Shown: positions 9,733 to 19,674 of the stretch, one piece after another
How positions within the stretch are numbered: position 1 is the stretch's first letter
Layout of the letters: each line of letters starts with the position of its first letter
DNA from: a virus
Length of the DNA: 64,000 nucleotides
Reading direction: 5' to 3' (one strand)
Virus record (IMG/VR): IMGVR_UViG_3300023184_000037
Location: 64,001 to 128,000 of that record
The notes under the pieces: generated by a model
Told to the model about the DNA's origin: nothing
What the model saw: the letters and a program-made list of their open reading frames with translations, nothing else
Databases searched by the model: none
Position numbers and translations under genes: made by a program

Positions 9733-12700
9733 ATGGCACAAGTAAATAAAATTTCTTCATTTAAGAGTTTTACTGAAGTTAAGAATCAGGAGGCTACGAT
9801 GAAATTAAGAGAAACTAACAATGCAAAAAGACAGGAAACTGTTGGTAAAATTGGAGCAATCCTTGACGAAATGGGGTTAACATCTCTATCTGAGTTAGAT
9901 GAAGAGAAAAAACAAGCACTAATTAACAAAATGTTTGGAAACGTTTCAGAAGATGAAGCAGACGATATTGAAGATGAACTTAATAAATTAGGAGAACCTA
10001 AAAAACTAGAAGAGAGAAATGCATTCTTAGGCGCAAGAGCAAAAGCTATTGAGGAAGAGAAAAATGAATTTGAGTTTAACGGTAAAACATATAAAGTAAC
10101 AGTAAACGAAGGTAATGCCTTTGGAGATGCTGTAAGAAAAGCAAAAGAAGACGGTAAAAAAGAATTTGAATTCGACGGTAAAACTTATAAAGTTGAGGAA
10201 GGTAATGCCTTTGGAGATGCTGTAAGAAAAGCAAAAGAGGCTGGAGAGAAAGAATTTGAATTTGATGGTAAAACTTACAAAGTTGAAGAGTCTATCGATG
10301 AGGCTAAAAGAACCAAATTCACTGGTAAAACTGCTCATGATTTATACACTCAAACTGGTGGAAAACCATTCGAAGTGTTCGTTAAAAACGACTGGTACTC
10401 AGTTAACCCAGAAGAATTAAAAGATGACAAAGATACTTATTTTACTGGTTATACTAGAGATGGTTCTGATTATGAATTCGATCTTAAAGATATCGACTTT
10501 ATACAAGAATCTTTAAATGAAGGTCGTGTTAAAGCAGCTACCCTACTTCAAGAATTAATTGATGGAAATACTTCTAGAGCAGAAGGTATTAAAATGTCAA
10601 AAGACCTTGCTGAACATTATTTATATTGGTTAAGAACTTCACCTTACGGTAAGAAAAATGCTGACCTACCTCTTTACATGTTAATCAAAGCAAGTTTTGT
10701 TTGGGGAATTGAAAGACAATTAGACCCTAAATTAAAAGTAGAACTTGAAGCACTAAAAGGTAGTATTAAAGAATCAGCAGATTTTATTACTGAGGCTCGT
10801 TCAATTAATAAAATCCAATATGACTGGTCTAAACTGACAACTACAATGGCTGCAACTGCACAAAATTGGAAAACTGCAGAAGGACCTGCTAAAGAAATGT
10901 TACTTGGAAAATTAAAAGAGATGACTGCTCAAAAGAAAGCTCTAGAAGCTGAATTGGATGCTGCTATTGCTGACAAAGACAAAGACATCGAATTGGTAGT
11001 TTCTGAAGCATTCTTTAGATTACCAAAAGACGTTATTGGTAACGAATTATACTTAGCAACTCAAAATTTATCTAACCTATATGGTAGAACTTTAGCTGGA
11101 AATGATATTGATGCCGGAGTTATTGATACTGTTATTAAAGCCCTAAACACTGTTAAAAAATCTATTAAGAAATTTAATAACAAAGAAGAGGTTTTAGGAA
11201 CTGTTTACGAAGCTAAAGCAAAAGACTTAAAACCAAACCACAAATACACATCAGACTATGGTGAAGTTACATTCATCAAATTAAATCCTGATGGTAAAAC
11301 TATGAAGTTGCATTCAAAAGAAACTGGAGAAATCAAAACCGACATTTCAAATGCATACAACATGGAATTAATTGAATCAGTTGTTAATGAAGGAGATATG
11401 ACTAAACACTATGATGGTTTTATTCTATTAGACCAAAAAGGAAAAAAGACATATAAGTTTAAATACGTTAAAGGAACTAGTAATGTTAATGTTGAAAATG
11501 CAGCTATTGACAAGTTAGTAAAAGCAACTGGAGAACCAAGAGCAAATTTCATGGTTCATGGTTTTATTAAAAAAGGTGAATGGGATAAAAATAACATTAG
11601 TGTATTTGAATCTTTAAATGAAGGAAGCGCTAAACAATTTGATGTTGACTTTAACAATATGGTTAGAAACATTAAATCTGGTTATGGTTGGATCGATCCA
11701 GAATACGTAGCAGATACTTGGGAAAATTCAAGTGACTCTATCGATTTTGAATTAGTTAAAGGAGAAATCTACAAAAGATTAATTGCTGCTAAATTATTAG
11801 CCTACGCTGATGACGAAGATGAAGAAGCAGCAGGACAATATGTTAAATCATTAAAAGAACTTGGAATTAAAGAATCTTTTATTAATGAGGCAGAAAAATT
11901 TAAAAGCACTCAAGATTTTGAAGAGTTCTTAGAGGAAATTGATGGTATGCCAGAGCATAGAATCAAAAGAATCATGGGTAAAGATTACATCGATACTCCA
12001 GGAGGTTTCAGAGATGAAGCAGATGATTACGATAATGACATTGTAGAGTATACTCTTTCTAACATGGGTCGTAAAGATTTTGAAGCACTTAAAGCATGGT
12101 GGGAAAACAATGTTCAAGAATCTTTAAATGAGGCTGAAGTAAAATCTGACGATGAATTTAAAGAATATGCAATGACTGTTTTGAAAAAAGCATTTGGAGA
12201 TGACTTTGATGAAGCAAAAGCAACTGAAGTTATTGATGGAATTCTTGGAAAATGTGGCGATGATTACGGAGCTGCAGTTGGAATGATAACAAGTTCTCTT
12301 GGAGAATCAGTAGTTACTGAAGGCATTTGGCCTAAGTCTAAATTAGCTAGTTCATTTCAGTTTAAATTAGCAGACGAACTTAAACAAAATTTTAAAGGAG
12401 TATTCTATAGTATAGGTAATGATTTATACCATAATGATGAAAAAGTATACTCAATCGATGGAGATAAAGATAGTATAGACTCTATAATTTCAAAACTTAA
12501 AAAAACTATTGATGAATCAGTAGTTACTGAAGGTTTTGATGCAAACTACTGGGAAGATTATCAAGAAGGAGCTCAAAAAACGAAAAACCCAACTGCTATG
12601 GTAATCATGCAAGACGTACAAGCTGCCGTTGAAGAGTGGAATGAGAATAATGAAGTTGGACCTGAAAATGAAGTAACACCGGCCGGAGAAAAGAAAGTCT

Positions 12701-12783
12701 TAAAATTAGCAAAAGAATTTGTTAAAGCAAAAGGTTGGATTTCATTCGATATTATCGATGCAATGATCGCTCAGGAATCTTAA
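9733..12783 (+). CDS. Modular putative internal head polyprotein (1016 aa) with repeated protease-site linkers
   Basis: Late promoter; KISSFKSF tag; linkers ESIDE, QESLNE x2, ESVVNE, FESLNE, KESFINE, ESVVTE x2. Confidence 0.6.
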   Translation: MAQVNKISSFKSFTEVKNQEATMKLRETNNAKRQETVGKIGAILDEMGLTSLSELDEEKKQALINKMFGNVSEDEADDIEDELNKLGEPKKLEERNAFLGARAKAIEEEKNEFEFNGKTYKVTVNEGNAFGDAVRKAKEDGKKEFEFDGKTYKVEEGNAFGDAVRKAKEAGEKEFEFDGKTYKVEESIDEAKRTKFTGKTAHDLYTQTGGKPFEVFVKNDWYSVNPEELKDDKDTYFTGYTRDGSDYEFDLKDIDFIQESLNEGRVKAATLLQELIDGNTSRAEGIKMSKDLAEHYLYWLRTSPYGKKNADLPLYMLIKASFVWGIERQLDPKLKVELEALKGSIKESADFITEARSINKIQYDWSKLTTTMAATAQNWKTAEGPAKEMLLGKLKEMTAQKKALEAELDAAIADKDKDIELVVSEAFFRLPKDVIGNELYLATQNLSNLYGRTLAGNDIDAGVIDTVIKALNTVKKSIKKFNNKEEVLGTVYEAKAKDLKPNHKYTSDYGEVTFIKLNPDGKTMKLHSKETGEIKTDISNAYNMELIESVVNEGDMTKHYDGFILLDQKGKKTYKFKYVKGTSNVNVENAAIDKLVKATGEPRANFMVHGFIKKGEWDKNNISVFESLNEGSAKQFDVDFNNMVRNIKSGYGWIDPEYVADTWENSSDSIDFELVKGEIYKRLIAAKLLAYADDEDEEAAGQYVKSLKELGIKESFINEAEKFKSTQDFEEFLEEIDGMPEHRIKRIMGKDYIDTPGGFRDEADDYDNDIVEYTLSNMGRKDFEALKAWWENNVQESLNEAEVKSDDEFKEYAMTVLKKAFGDDFDEAKATEVIDGILGKCGDDYGAAVGMITSSLGESVVTEGIWPKSKLASSFQFKLADELKQNFKGVFYSIGNDLYHNDEKVYSIDGDKDSIDSIISKLKKTIDESVVTEGFDANYWEDYQEGAQKTKNPTAMVIMQDVQAAVEEWNENNEVGPENEVTPAGEKKVLKLAKEFVKAKGWISFDIIDAMIAQES
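10015..10290 (+). repeat. Three ~30-aa repeats (GNAFGDAVRKAKE.G.KEFEFDGKTYKV), 90-bp period
   Basis: Near-identical units start at 10111 and 10201; diverged copy near 10015. Confidence 0.9.
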
Positions 12784-12800
12784 AAATAATTCAAATAAAT

Positions 12801-12844
12801 AATACCTGATGTTTTACCATGTCAGGTATTTTTATTATATTTAC
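12801..12844 (+). promoter_or_regulatory. Terminator hairpin overlapping putative early promoter (GTC-N12-TATATTTAC)
   Basis: aatacctga...tcaggtatt then T run; GTC 12821, TATATTTAC 12836; same motif at 21185, 25465, 59957. Confidence 0.65.
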
Positions 12845-12847
12845 ACT

Positions 12848-13120
12848 ATGAAACACATTAACCTATTTGAAGACTTCTTAAATGAATCTGATTATGCAGA
12901 AGCAAGGGCTGACCTTTCACTAAAGGCATCTGATCTACTTGCAAAAAGAAAGGAACTTAGAAATAAAGTTAATGACCTTAACCAAAAAGTGGATGACCCA
13001 AAATCTGCAATTCAAGCCCAAATAGCAACCCTTAAAATGCAGGCTCTGGACCTTGATAATCAAAAAATTAGAATTAACGCAAATATACTTGATTTAAGTA
13101 AAAAATTAGAAAGTTTATAA
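12848..13120 (+). CDS. Tagged small coiled-coil protein
   Basis: Start reassigned to ATG 12848 giving MKHINLFEDFLNE. Confidence 0.7.
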   Translation: MKHINLFEDFLNESDYAEARADLSLKASDLLAKRKELRNKVNDLNQKVDDPKSAIQAQIATLKMQALDLDNQKIRINANILDLSKKLESL

Positions 13121-13122
13121 CT

Positions 13123-13671
13123 ATGAAACACATCCAACTATTCGAACAATTTATTAACGAAGGAAAAAATGACTACGTTAAATATGTAAAAGACGCATCA
13201 AAGAAAATATTTGCACGTGGTGGTAACGGTCAAAATGTACTTGATTATCTAACAGAACTAGGAAAATATATTGATAGCACTATTGACCCAAAGGCAGACA
13301 AATGGTATGGTCCACAAACACCATCACTCTTCCAAGAACTAGTTAATAGTATGGGAATTGATGATATCGAACATAACAATGTTTCCGGTGTAAAAAGCAG
13401 CAAAAAACCAGAAGCTTTTAGAGGTGCTAGCGATTTAATCGCTGTTACCAATGATGCGATCAAACGCGCTAAAACTAATGGAGGAAATGACACTGGATGG
13501 GGTAAAGCCGCATTAGAACTTGCTGGACACCTTCAAGCTTATAAAGTAGGCGCTGGTAATCCAGGTCCTGGAGAAGACGGATTTTATACTGCTCCAACCT
13601 TAAGTACATTTACAAGATTGGTTGATGATATTGCAATGGAAAATATTAAAAAGAATAGAGTAGCTCAATAA
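13123..13671 (+). CDS. Tagged hypothetical protein with internal duplication
   Basis: MKHIQLFEQFINE; two similar halves each containing GGN and (P/T)xxF..LV.. Confidence 0.7.
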   Translation: MKHIQLFEQFINEGKNDYVKYVKDASKKIFARGGNGQNVLDYLTELGKYIDSTIDPKADKWYGPQTPSLFQELVNSMGIDDIEHNNVSGVKSSKKPEAFRGASDLIAVTNDAIKRAKTNGGNDTGWGKAALELAGHLQAYKVGAGNPGPGEDGFYTAPTLSTFTRLVDDIAMENIKKNRVAQ

Positions 13672-13678
13672 TTAAAAT

Positions 13679-14968
13679 ATGAAAACAAGAATCCTTAATT
13701 TTAATCAATTCATAACCGAAAGGTATGAAGTTAAATTAAATGAGCAATTGTTATTAGAGGGTGGAGCCGCTGGACACATGTCCCATCCATTCGATAATAA
13801 TGACCTAACATTTGGAGACTTCAAGAATATGATTATTGGTGGACTTCAAGGTGAACTAAACTTTGAAGAGGAACCTACTGAAAAAACAGACGGTCAAAAC
13901 GTTTTTGCAACTATTCAAAATGGTGAAGTTAAATTTGCCAGAAATAAAACTGAGTTGCAAAACCCTATGAGTCTTAAGGATTTCCAAAATAAATTTGAGG
14001 GACATGCTAGTAAACTAGTACAAGATACTTTCCAATTTGCAGCCGCTGATTTAGCAACCCTACTTGTAAAGTTACCTGCAAAAACGCAAGAGGAAGTGTT
14101 CCAGAATGGGCTGAACTTCATGAACATGGAGTTGATATATTCTGCTAACCCTAACGTAATTCACTATGACGTTGATGTAATTCAATTCCATGGCATTAAG
14201 AAGACTGATGGTGCTGGAAATATAGTTGGAGATGACAATAGTGCGGCAAAAAGTGTTAGTGGAGTACTTAAATCACTAAACGCTGATGTTGGAAGTACAT
14301 TTACAATAATTCCCCCACAAGTTATTAAACTACAAAAAGATATAAATTTTGAAGAGAATCAAACTAAATTCTTAGGAAAGCTTGATGCTCTTAAAAATCG
14401 TTATAATTTAACCGATGCCGATGCAGTTGCACGATACCATGAAATGTGGTGGAGAGAGCAAATTGATGCAACATTCGGTGATTTACCACAAAATATTAAA
14501 GAAGGACTATTATTAAGATGGGCCTATGATGATAAAAAAACCTTAAATCTTCGTTCATTAGACAAAGAGTTAACTAAAGAACAATCTGAAGCTGTTAAGA
14601 AATTTGACAAAGAGGATGTTAAAAAGAAATTCAAAGAAAACATTCGACCATTTGAAGACCTTTTCTTAGAATTGGGAAGTGTTATCTTAAAGAATGCTAG
14701 TAATTTTGTTGCTGCTTCTCCAGATAAAGAAATGCAAAGATTGCATACTGAAATCAGAACTGAAGCTGACAAAATTAAACTTAATGGAGACCTTACTCAA
14801 ATTGACAAAGTCGCAAAAGAACTTGACCGATTAGAGAGAATTGGAGGAATCCAGTCTATTATACCGACTGAAGGTATTGTATTCTCATACAAAGGACACA
14901 TGTACAAATTAACAGGAACATTCGCTGCTATTAATCAGTTGATGGGAATTATAAAATATGGAAGATAA
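13679..14968 (+). CDS. Ligase-like nucleotidyltransferase of T4-like phages (DUF6267-like)
   Basis: EGGAAGHMSHPFD, motif I TEKTDGQN, EGIVF, YKLTG; tag RILNFNQFITE. Confidence 0.6.
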   Translation: MKTRILNFNQFITERYEVKLNEQLLLEGGAAGHMSHPFDNNDLTFGDFKNMIIGGLQGELNFEEEPTEKTDGQNVFATIQNGEVKFARNKTELQNPMSLKDFQNKFEGHASKLVQDTFQFAAADLATLLVKLPAKTQEEVFQNGLNFMNMELIYSANPNVIHYDVDVIQFHGIKKTDGAGNIVGDDNSAAKSVSGVLKSLNADVGSTFTIIPPQVIKLQKDINFEENQTKFLGKLDALKNRYNLTDADAVARYHEMWWREQIDATFGDLPQNIKEGLLLRWAYDDKKTLNLRSLDKELTKEQSEAVKKFDKEDVKKKFKENIRPFEDLFLELGSVILKNASNFVAASPDKEMQRLHTEIRTEADKIKLNGDLTQIDKVAKELDRLERIGGIQSIIPTEGIVFSYKGHMYKLTGTFAAINQLMGIIKYGR

Positions 14969-14969
14969 A

Positions 14970-15422
14970 ATGAAACATATAAAACTGTTTGAACAATTTA
15001 TTAATGAATCAACAATTAATAACTTTAAACCTGAAGTATTAAAGAAATCTAATTCATTAGATGAAACATTCTTTAAGAAATTAATGCCACTTACCGCCAA
15101 AACTACCGATACTGCAATGGAATGGATCTGGGATTTTGAAGGAGAAACTATGTTTGTTCATTTCCAATATTTTGAAGTTAAACCACTTGGCAATATTATC
15201 GATACTCCAAAATACAGAATACATAATGCACAGTATTGGTTGAATGATACCCAATTAGCGCTACAAGGTAAAAGAGGTGAAGAGGTTAATGTAACCAAAT
15301 TATCATTTACTGATATAACAGACCCTAAAAAAGAGAAATCTTTAGGTTCGATTTGGGTTGATACTAAAGTTTATTTAGACGAGCAAAGAAGAGTATTTGA
15401 AGTAACAAAAAGTTCATCATAA
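14970..15422 (+). CDS. Tagged hypothetical protein
   Basis: Start reassigned to ATG 14970 giving MKHIKLFEQFINE. Confidence 0.7.
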   Translation: MKHIKLFEQFINESTINNFKPEVLKKSNSLDETFFKKLMPLTAKTTDTAMEWIWDFEGETMFVHFQYFEVKPLGNIIDTPKYRIHNAQYWLNDTQLALQGKRGEEVNVTKLSFTDITDPKKEKSLGSIWVDTKVYLDEQRRVFEVTKSSS

Positions 15423-15437
15423 TTAAAAAACAAAGAG

Positions 15438-17309
15438 ATGGCATTACAAAAATTAAGAGAGTATTTTAACGAAACCAATAGAGAAACTTTTATTGATATG
15501 TTAAAAAATAGAGTGTTAGTAACTGAGAAAGTTGCAGCACCTACATTTCTTGTTAAAAGAAATCTTGATGGGTTTGAATATTTTAAATCTTCAAATTCAG
15601 AAAAATTAAATCTAGTTGACAGAACTATTATCTCCTTATATGAGATTGCAATCAACTATATGCAGAGTTTACCAAGCTCTACTAAAAACCAAATGCCACT
15701 TGATTGGAGATTTGGATTTGAATATCTACCGGAAGTTAATGTATCTAAAATTAAATACGGAAAGACTCCAAAGAATAATTTAATCTTAACGCACATCCAG
15801 CAAATGGGAGAAGGCGATAAAGTTAAGAAAACAATAAATGACCCAGTTATTCTAAATAAATGGGCAAAAATTCTTGATGTACAACAACCAAGCGTAATTT
15901 TTGATGGCTATTTATCTCAATTACAAAGAGATGAACTTCTTGAATTACTTGGAATGAGCGATAGAGAATTTAGTGAATCATTTGACTATTTACAAGAAAC
16001 AAAAGACAAGGTTAGTTTTACCAGTAAAGTAGTTAAACTTTTTAATCCAAATGCCTTTGAAACCGCCTTAAATGCTGATATTGAAGACGAATTTGACGGA
16101 TTAGTTGTTAATTTTATCGACGAAAAATCAATAAAGTCTTTTAAATTAGAGGATTTTATCAGAAAAGGGGTTGTTGATAACTCTTCGAGCCACATGTATC
16201 AAATTGCAGTTACTGACTTCTTAGAATTTGCAACTCAATTTAATATCGACGAAATCCAATTAGAAGACGAGAGAGCAGATTATCGATATCTAGAAATAAT
16301 GTCAATAATGTTTAATGAATATGTTGACAAAAATTCCTCAAAATATATTGGAGTTAATTTTGAAAGCGCTGAATTTTCATCAGCACAATCTTTTAAATTA
16401 AACTCAAAATATATTACTAATGAAAAGACACTAAAATTTGTTTCAAATGACATTTTAGCAGAACTACTTAAAATGATTTTAGGTTCTTTTAGAAAGAAAA
16501 GAACTAAAACTAGCGATTTAATAGATGATGACACTATGGCACGTCTAAATGAAATTATCGAAAAAATCAACAAGAAAATATTTGTTGAAAGTACTGATGA
16601 GAATGCAATATATGATTACCAAAATTTTATGTTGCGCGATAAAATTAAATCTTCAGTTAACTTAAATGAGGCGCTTAAGCTGACTCATGTTGAACAAGGA
16701 AAACAACCAGTAAATATGTTTGTTGGACGATTCCAACCGTTTACATTAGGACATGCTAAAGTTTTAGAGACTATTCATAAAGAAAATGGCTACCCAGTAG
16801 TTGTATTCCTTGTTAAAGCAAAAACCCAAAAGAAGGGCGATGAATTTAGCAGACCATACGACGAAAAGACGCAAATTGAAATGTTCAAAAACGTTCAAAA
16901 GCAATATACATTCCTTAAAGAGATATTTGTAATTCCAACTGGAGGTATTGATATTATGTTTAATGAAATGAGACCTAAATATGAACCAGTACTTTGGGGA
17001 ACAGGAAGTGATAGAATGACAAGTTATGGTTATCAAGTTAATAATGATGCGTATAGAGACCAATTAAACTGTAGAGCTGATTTTGGACTTTTTGAAATTC
17101 CTAGAAACGACGATGATATTTCGGCTACTGCGGTTAGAAATGCCCTATTAGCAGGAGATGAGAAACAATTTCAGAATTTAACACCAAAGGCAGTTCATGG
17201 AATGTATGGTGAACTTAAATCTAAAATTGAAGATTCAATGGGAGTAGTTGCTGAAGGATTTACCAATGAAATTATGACATTCGAACAATTTATTAACAAA
17301 GATATATAA
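15438..17309 (+). CDS. Degenerate ligase-like domain fused to cytidylyltransferase-like (HxGH family) domain
   Basis: VTEKVAAPTF, FDGLVV, SFKL in N-half; GRFQPFTLGH, GSDR, ISATAVR in C-half; C-terminal IMTFEQFINK tag. Confidence 0.65.
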   Translation: MALQKLREYFNETNRETFIDMLKNRVLVTEKVAAPTFLVKRNLDGFEYFKSSNSEKLNLVDRTIISLYEIAINYMQSLPSSTKNQMPLDWRFGFEYLPEVNVSKIKYGKTPKNNLILTHIQQMGEGDKVKKTINDPVILNKWAKILDVQQPSVIFDGYLSQLQRDELLELLGMSDREFSESFDYLQETKDKVSFTSKVVKLFNPNAFETALNADIEDEFDGLVVNFIDEKSIKSFKLEDFIRKGVVDNSSSHMYQIAVTDFLEFATQFNIDEIQLEDERADYRYLEIMSIMFNEYVDKNSSKYIGVNFESAEFSSAQSFKLNSKYITNEKTLKFVSNDILAELLKMILGSFRKKRTKTSDLIDDDTMARLNEIIEKINKKIFVESTDENAIYDYQNFMLRDKIKSSVNLNEALKLTHVEQGKQPVNMFVGRFQPFTLGHAKVLETIHKENGYPVVVFLVKAKTQKKGDEFSRPYDEKTQIEMFKNVQKQYTFLKEIFVIPTGGIDIMFNEMRPKYEPVLWGTGSDRMTSYGYQVNNDAYRDQLNCRADFGLFEIPRNDDDISATAVRNALLAGDEKQFQNLTPKAVHGMYGELKSKIEDSMGVVAEGFTNEIMTFEQFINKDI

Positions 17310-17333
17310 AACATAAATAAATATAGAAATCCT

Positions 17334-19673
17334 ATGAATTTTAATGAATTCCTAAATGAAGGTAGTACTTCAACTTATGGTGGACCTGCTGGACTTACCA
17401 AAGATGAGACGTTTAAAATTGCTCAAAAATTTGCAGATGCTGCCGCTAGTGTTGACCCTGAAAAAGGAAAATGGGGTGTAAACAAAAGAACCTTAGAAGA
17501 GGATGGGTTTGACCTAGACTACAATGATGTGGAATTTGACGGTGGTTCATATAACATTTACAAAAATGGTAATGTTGTAAATATGGCTCTTCGTGAAAAT
17601 CCAGTTTTAGGTAAAATAGGAGACGATATTAAAACTATTGCAAAAGGTTTTAAAAAGATGATGGCAAATGAATCTGCTACAAACGAGGCTAATCTAGTTC
17701 TAGGGTTATCAACTAACAATTATCCTGCTGGAACAATTGCAAGATATCGTATAGAATCCTCTGTAATTAACCTAAGAAAAGTTGCTGATTTATCAAAAGA
17801 CTCATGGAAAAAATATTCAAGAGCATTTGCTGATGATGAAATTGGTTTTGAAAAATCAAGCGATAGAAAAGAGGCATTAGATGCTATTCAAAAATCATTC
17901 GATAATGGTAAAAATGACATTAGAGAATTTGGTTTAAATGAATCAGTAGTTAATGAAACTGGATTTAAAAAATCTGACATTAAAAAAACTATCGACTTTA
18001 TTAATAAAGAAATTGGAATAGATCCAGGATATGCTCTAATTGGAGATGAAGACGATATTGAAGAATTTGACAAACTTTGGGATCGTGGTGATTATGAAGA
18101 TGCATTTGACTTTTTAACAGTTGCAACAAACATGGAAATTTCAACATTTGCCGATGTTAAAGATGCTCTTAAAGAATCAGTAGTTAACGAAAGAAATATC
18201 ACTATCAAAAGACAATACACTGATAAAAGTCCTGCAGTTACTGTAGGTAAAGCTGCTAAAATTCGTAACAGAATGCTAGAGGCTATTAAAGATGGTAAAG
18301 TTTCACAAGAAGATTTTAATAATATTCTTAAAGAAATGACTACAGATTCTAAAAGATGGTTGAGAAGAAATGCTCAGTGTTTTAATGTATCTGAGGATGG
18401 AATTACCCTATCAAAAACAGGTTCTAGAATCCTTAAAAATATTATGGTTTCTGAAGCCACTACAAAGGCCCCAAAGATTTGGGTTCCTGGAGGATTTGAT
18501 AAAGAAATTTCAAAATACCCAAATAGTAAAATTACCAGAAAAATTGTATTAGATGCGGCACTTAAATGGGATGTTAATCCAGAAGATGCTATCAAGTATG
18601 TTGAATTTGGTTGGGTTGTTGACTTAGACGAAAATAAAAATAACAACGATATGAACACAAAATTTATTTACGAGTCTTTCGCAGATTTCGTTGCAAACAA
18701 ATTAAATGAAAATACATTAAACGAGGCATTTAAAAGTACTAAACTTTCTAACTTGTTCTCAGTAGGAAGCGCGGGTACTAAAGACCTTGCAGGAGCATTC
18801 TATAATTTCTCAAAACTAGCACTTGACCAAATCGAGGATTATGACATTATTGAAATGGACCCTCAAACTGCACGTAAAGAAAAAAGAGCAAATGCAATTT
18901 ACTTCTATATAGTAACTAATCAAAAAGTAAATCCATATATTGAAGGTAGTAATCCAAGCACTTACAATAATGGAATTATCCAATCAAATACTCTATTAGC
19001 AATGACCAATGGACAAAATGAATGGTACTCAACATCATATAATAATTATACAAAAGGAGAAACGATAAAAGTTGCAAAATCAAGAGAAGATGCAGCAGGT
19101 TTCGATAAAAGAGACAGTAAAAGATATGATGGTTCGGGAATTACATCTCTTACTAAAGTAGCTGAATTGGCTGATACTGCGTATGTTATTGACTTAGACG
19201 TTCTTAAAGCAAGATATTCTACATCATCATTAACATTTAAAAGAGCTGAAGATAAACGTGGAGCTACTGCTTTCCAAAGCGACAAAGACTTTAAAGCGGC
19301 AAACAAAGCACGTTATAATGAAATCTTAGCACAAAAAGCAGTTGCAATGCCAATCGATGAAGTAGTATTAGGAGCTATTGATACTCTTGCTACTCAAATT
19401 AAAGATGCTCTATCTGCGGGACAAAAGGGAAGATATGGAGAACTTATTATCGGACTAGACCCTAAAAATAGAGAAATCAAAATGAGTGATGCTTCTAATT
19501 TAATGAGAAATATCCTTGATGAGTACAATAGATATGTTGGATATGTTGTTGATGCTGAAAAAGAAGTTGCAACTGGATATAGTGGAAAATTCTACGAAGG
19601 TAGACTAAAAGAAAGTGCTAAAACAATAACAGATTACGTTAAGAAAGTAGACGCTAAAAATTACGCTTGGTAA
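17334..19673 (+). CDS. Second modular putative internal head polyprotein (779 aa)
   Basis: Late promoter 17301; MNFNEFLNE; linkers NESATNE, NESVVNE, KESVVNE, MVSE, LNENTLNE. Confidence 0.6.
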   Translation: MNFNEFLNEGSTSTYGGPAGLTKDETFKIAQKFADAAASVDPEKGKWGVNKRTLEEDGFDLDYNDVEFDGGSYNIYKNGNVVNMALRENPVLGKIGDDIKTIAKGFKKMMANESATNEANLVLGLSTNNYPAGTIARYRIESSVINLRKVADLSKDSWKKYSRAFADDEIGFEKSSDRKEALDAIQKSFDNGKNDIREFGLNESVVNETGFKKSDIKKTIDFINKEIGIDPGYALIGDEDDIEEFDKLWDRGDYEDAFDFLTVATNMEISTFADVKDALKESVVNERNITIKRQYTDKSPAVTVGKAAKIRNRMLEAIKDGKVSQEDFNNILKEMTTDSKRWLRRNAQCFNVSEDGITLSKTGSRILKNIMVSEATTKAPKIWVPGGFDKEISKYPNSKITRKIVLDAALKWDVNPEDAIKYVEFGWVVDLDENKNNNDMNTKFIYESFADFVANKLNENTLNEAFKSTKLSNLFSVGSAGTKDLAGAFYNFSKLALDQIEDYDIIEMDPQTARKEKRANAIYFYIVTNQKVNPYIEGSNPSTYNNGIIQSNTLLAMTNGQNEWYSTSYNNYTKGETIKVAKSREDAAGFDKRDSKRYDGSGITSLTKVAELADTAYVIDLDVLKARYSTSSLTFKRAEDKRGATAFQSDKDFKAANKARYNEILAQKAVAMPIDEVVLGAIDTLATQIKDALSAGQKGRYGELIIGLDPKNREIKMSDASNLMRNILDEYNRYVGYVVDAEKEVATGYSGKFYEGRLKESAKTITDYVKKVDAKNYAW

Positions 19674-19674
19674 A

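Noticed and set aside
10111-10290. Diversity-generating retroelement template/variable repeat pair
   Set aside because: Repeats are tandem and in frame, differences are not adenine-specific, and no reverse transcriptase is in the window
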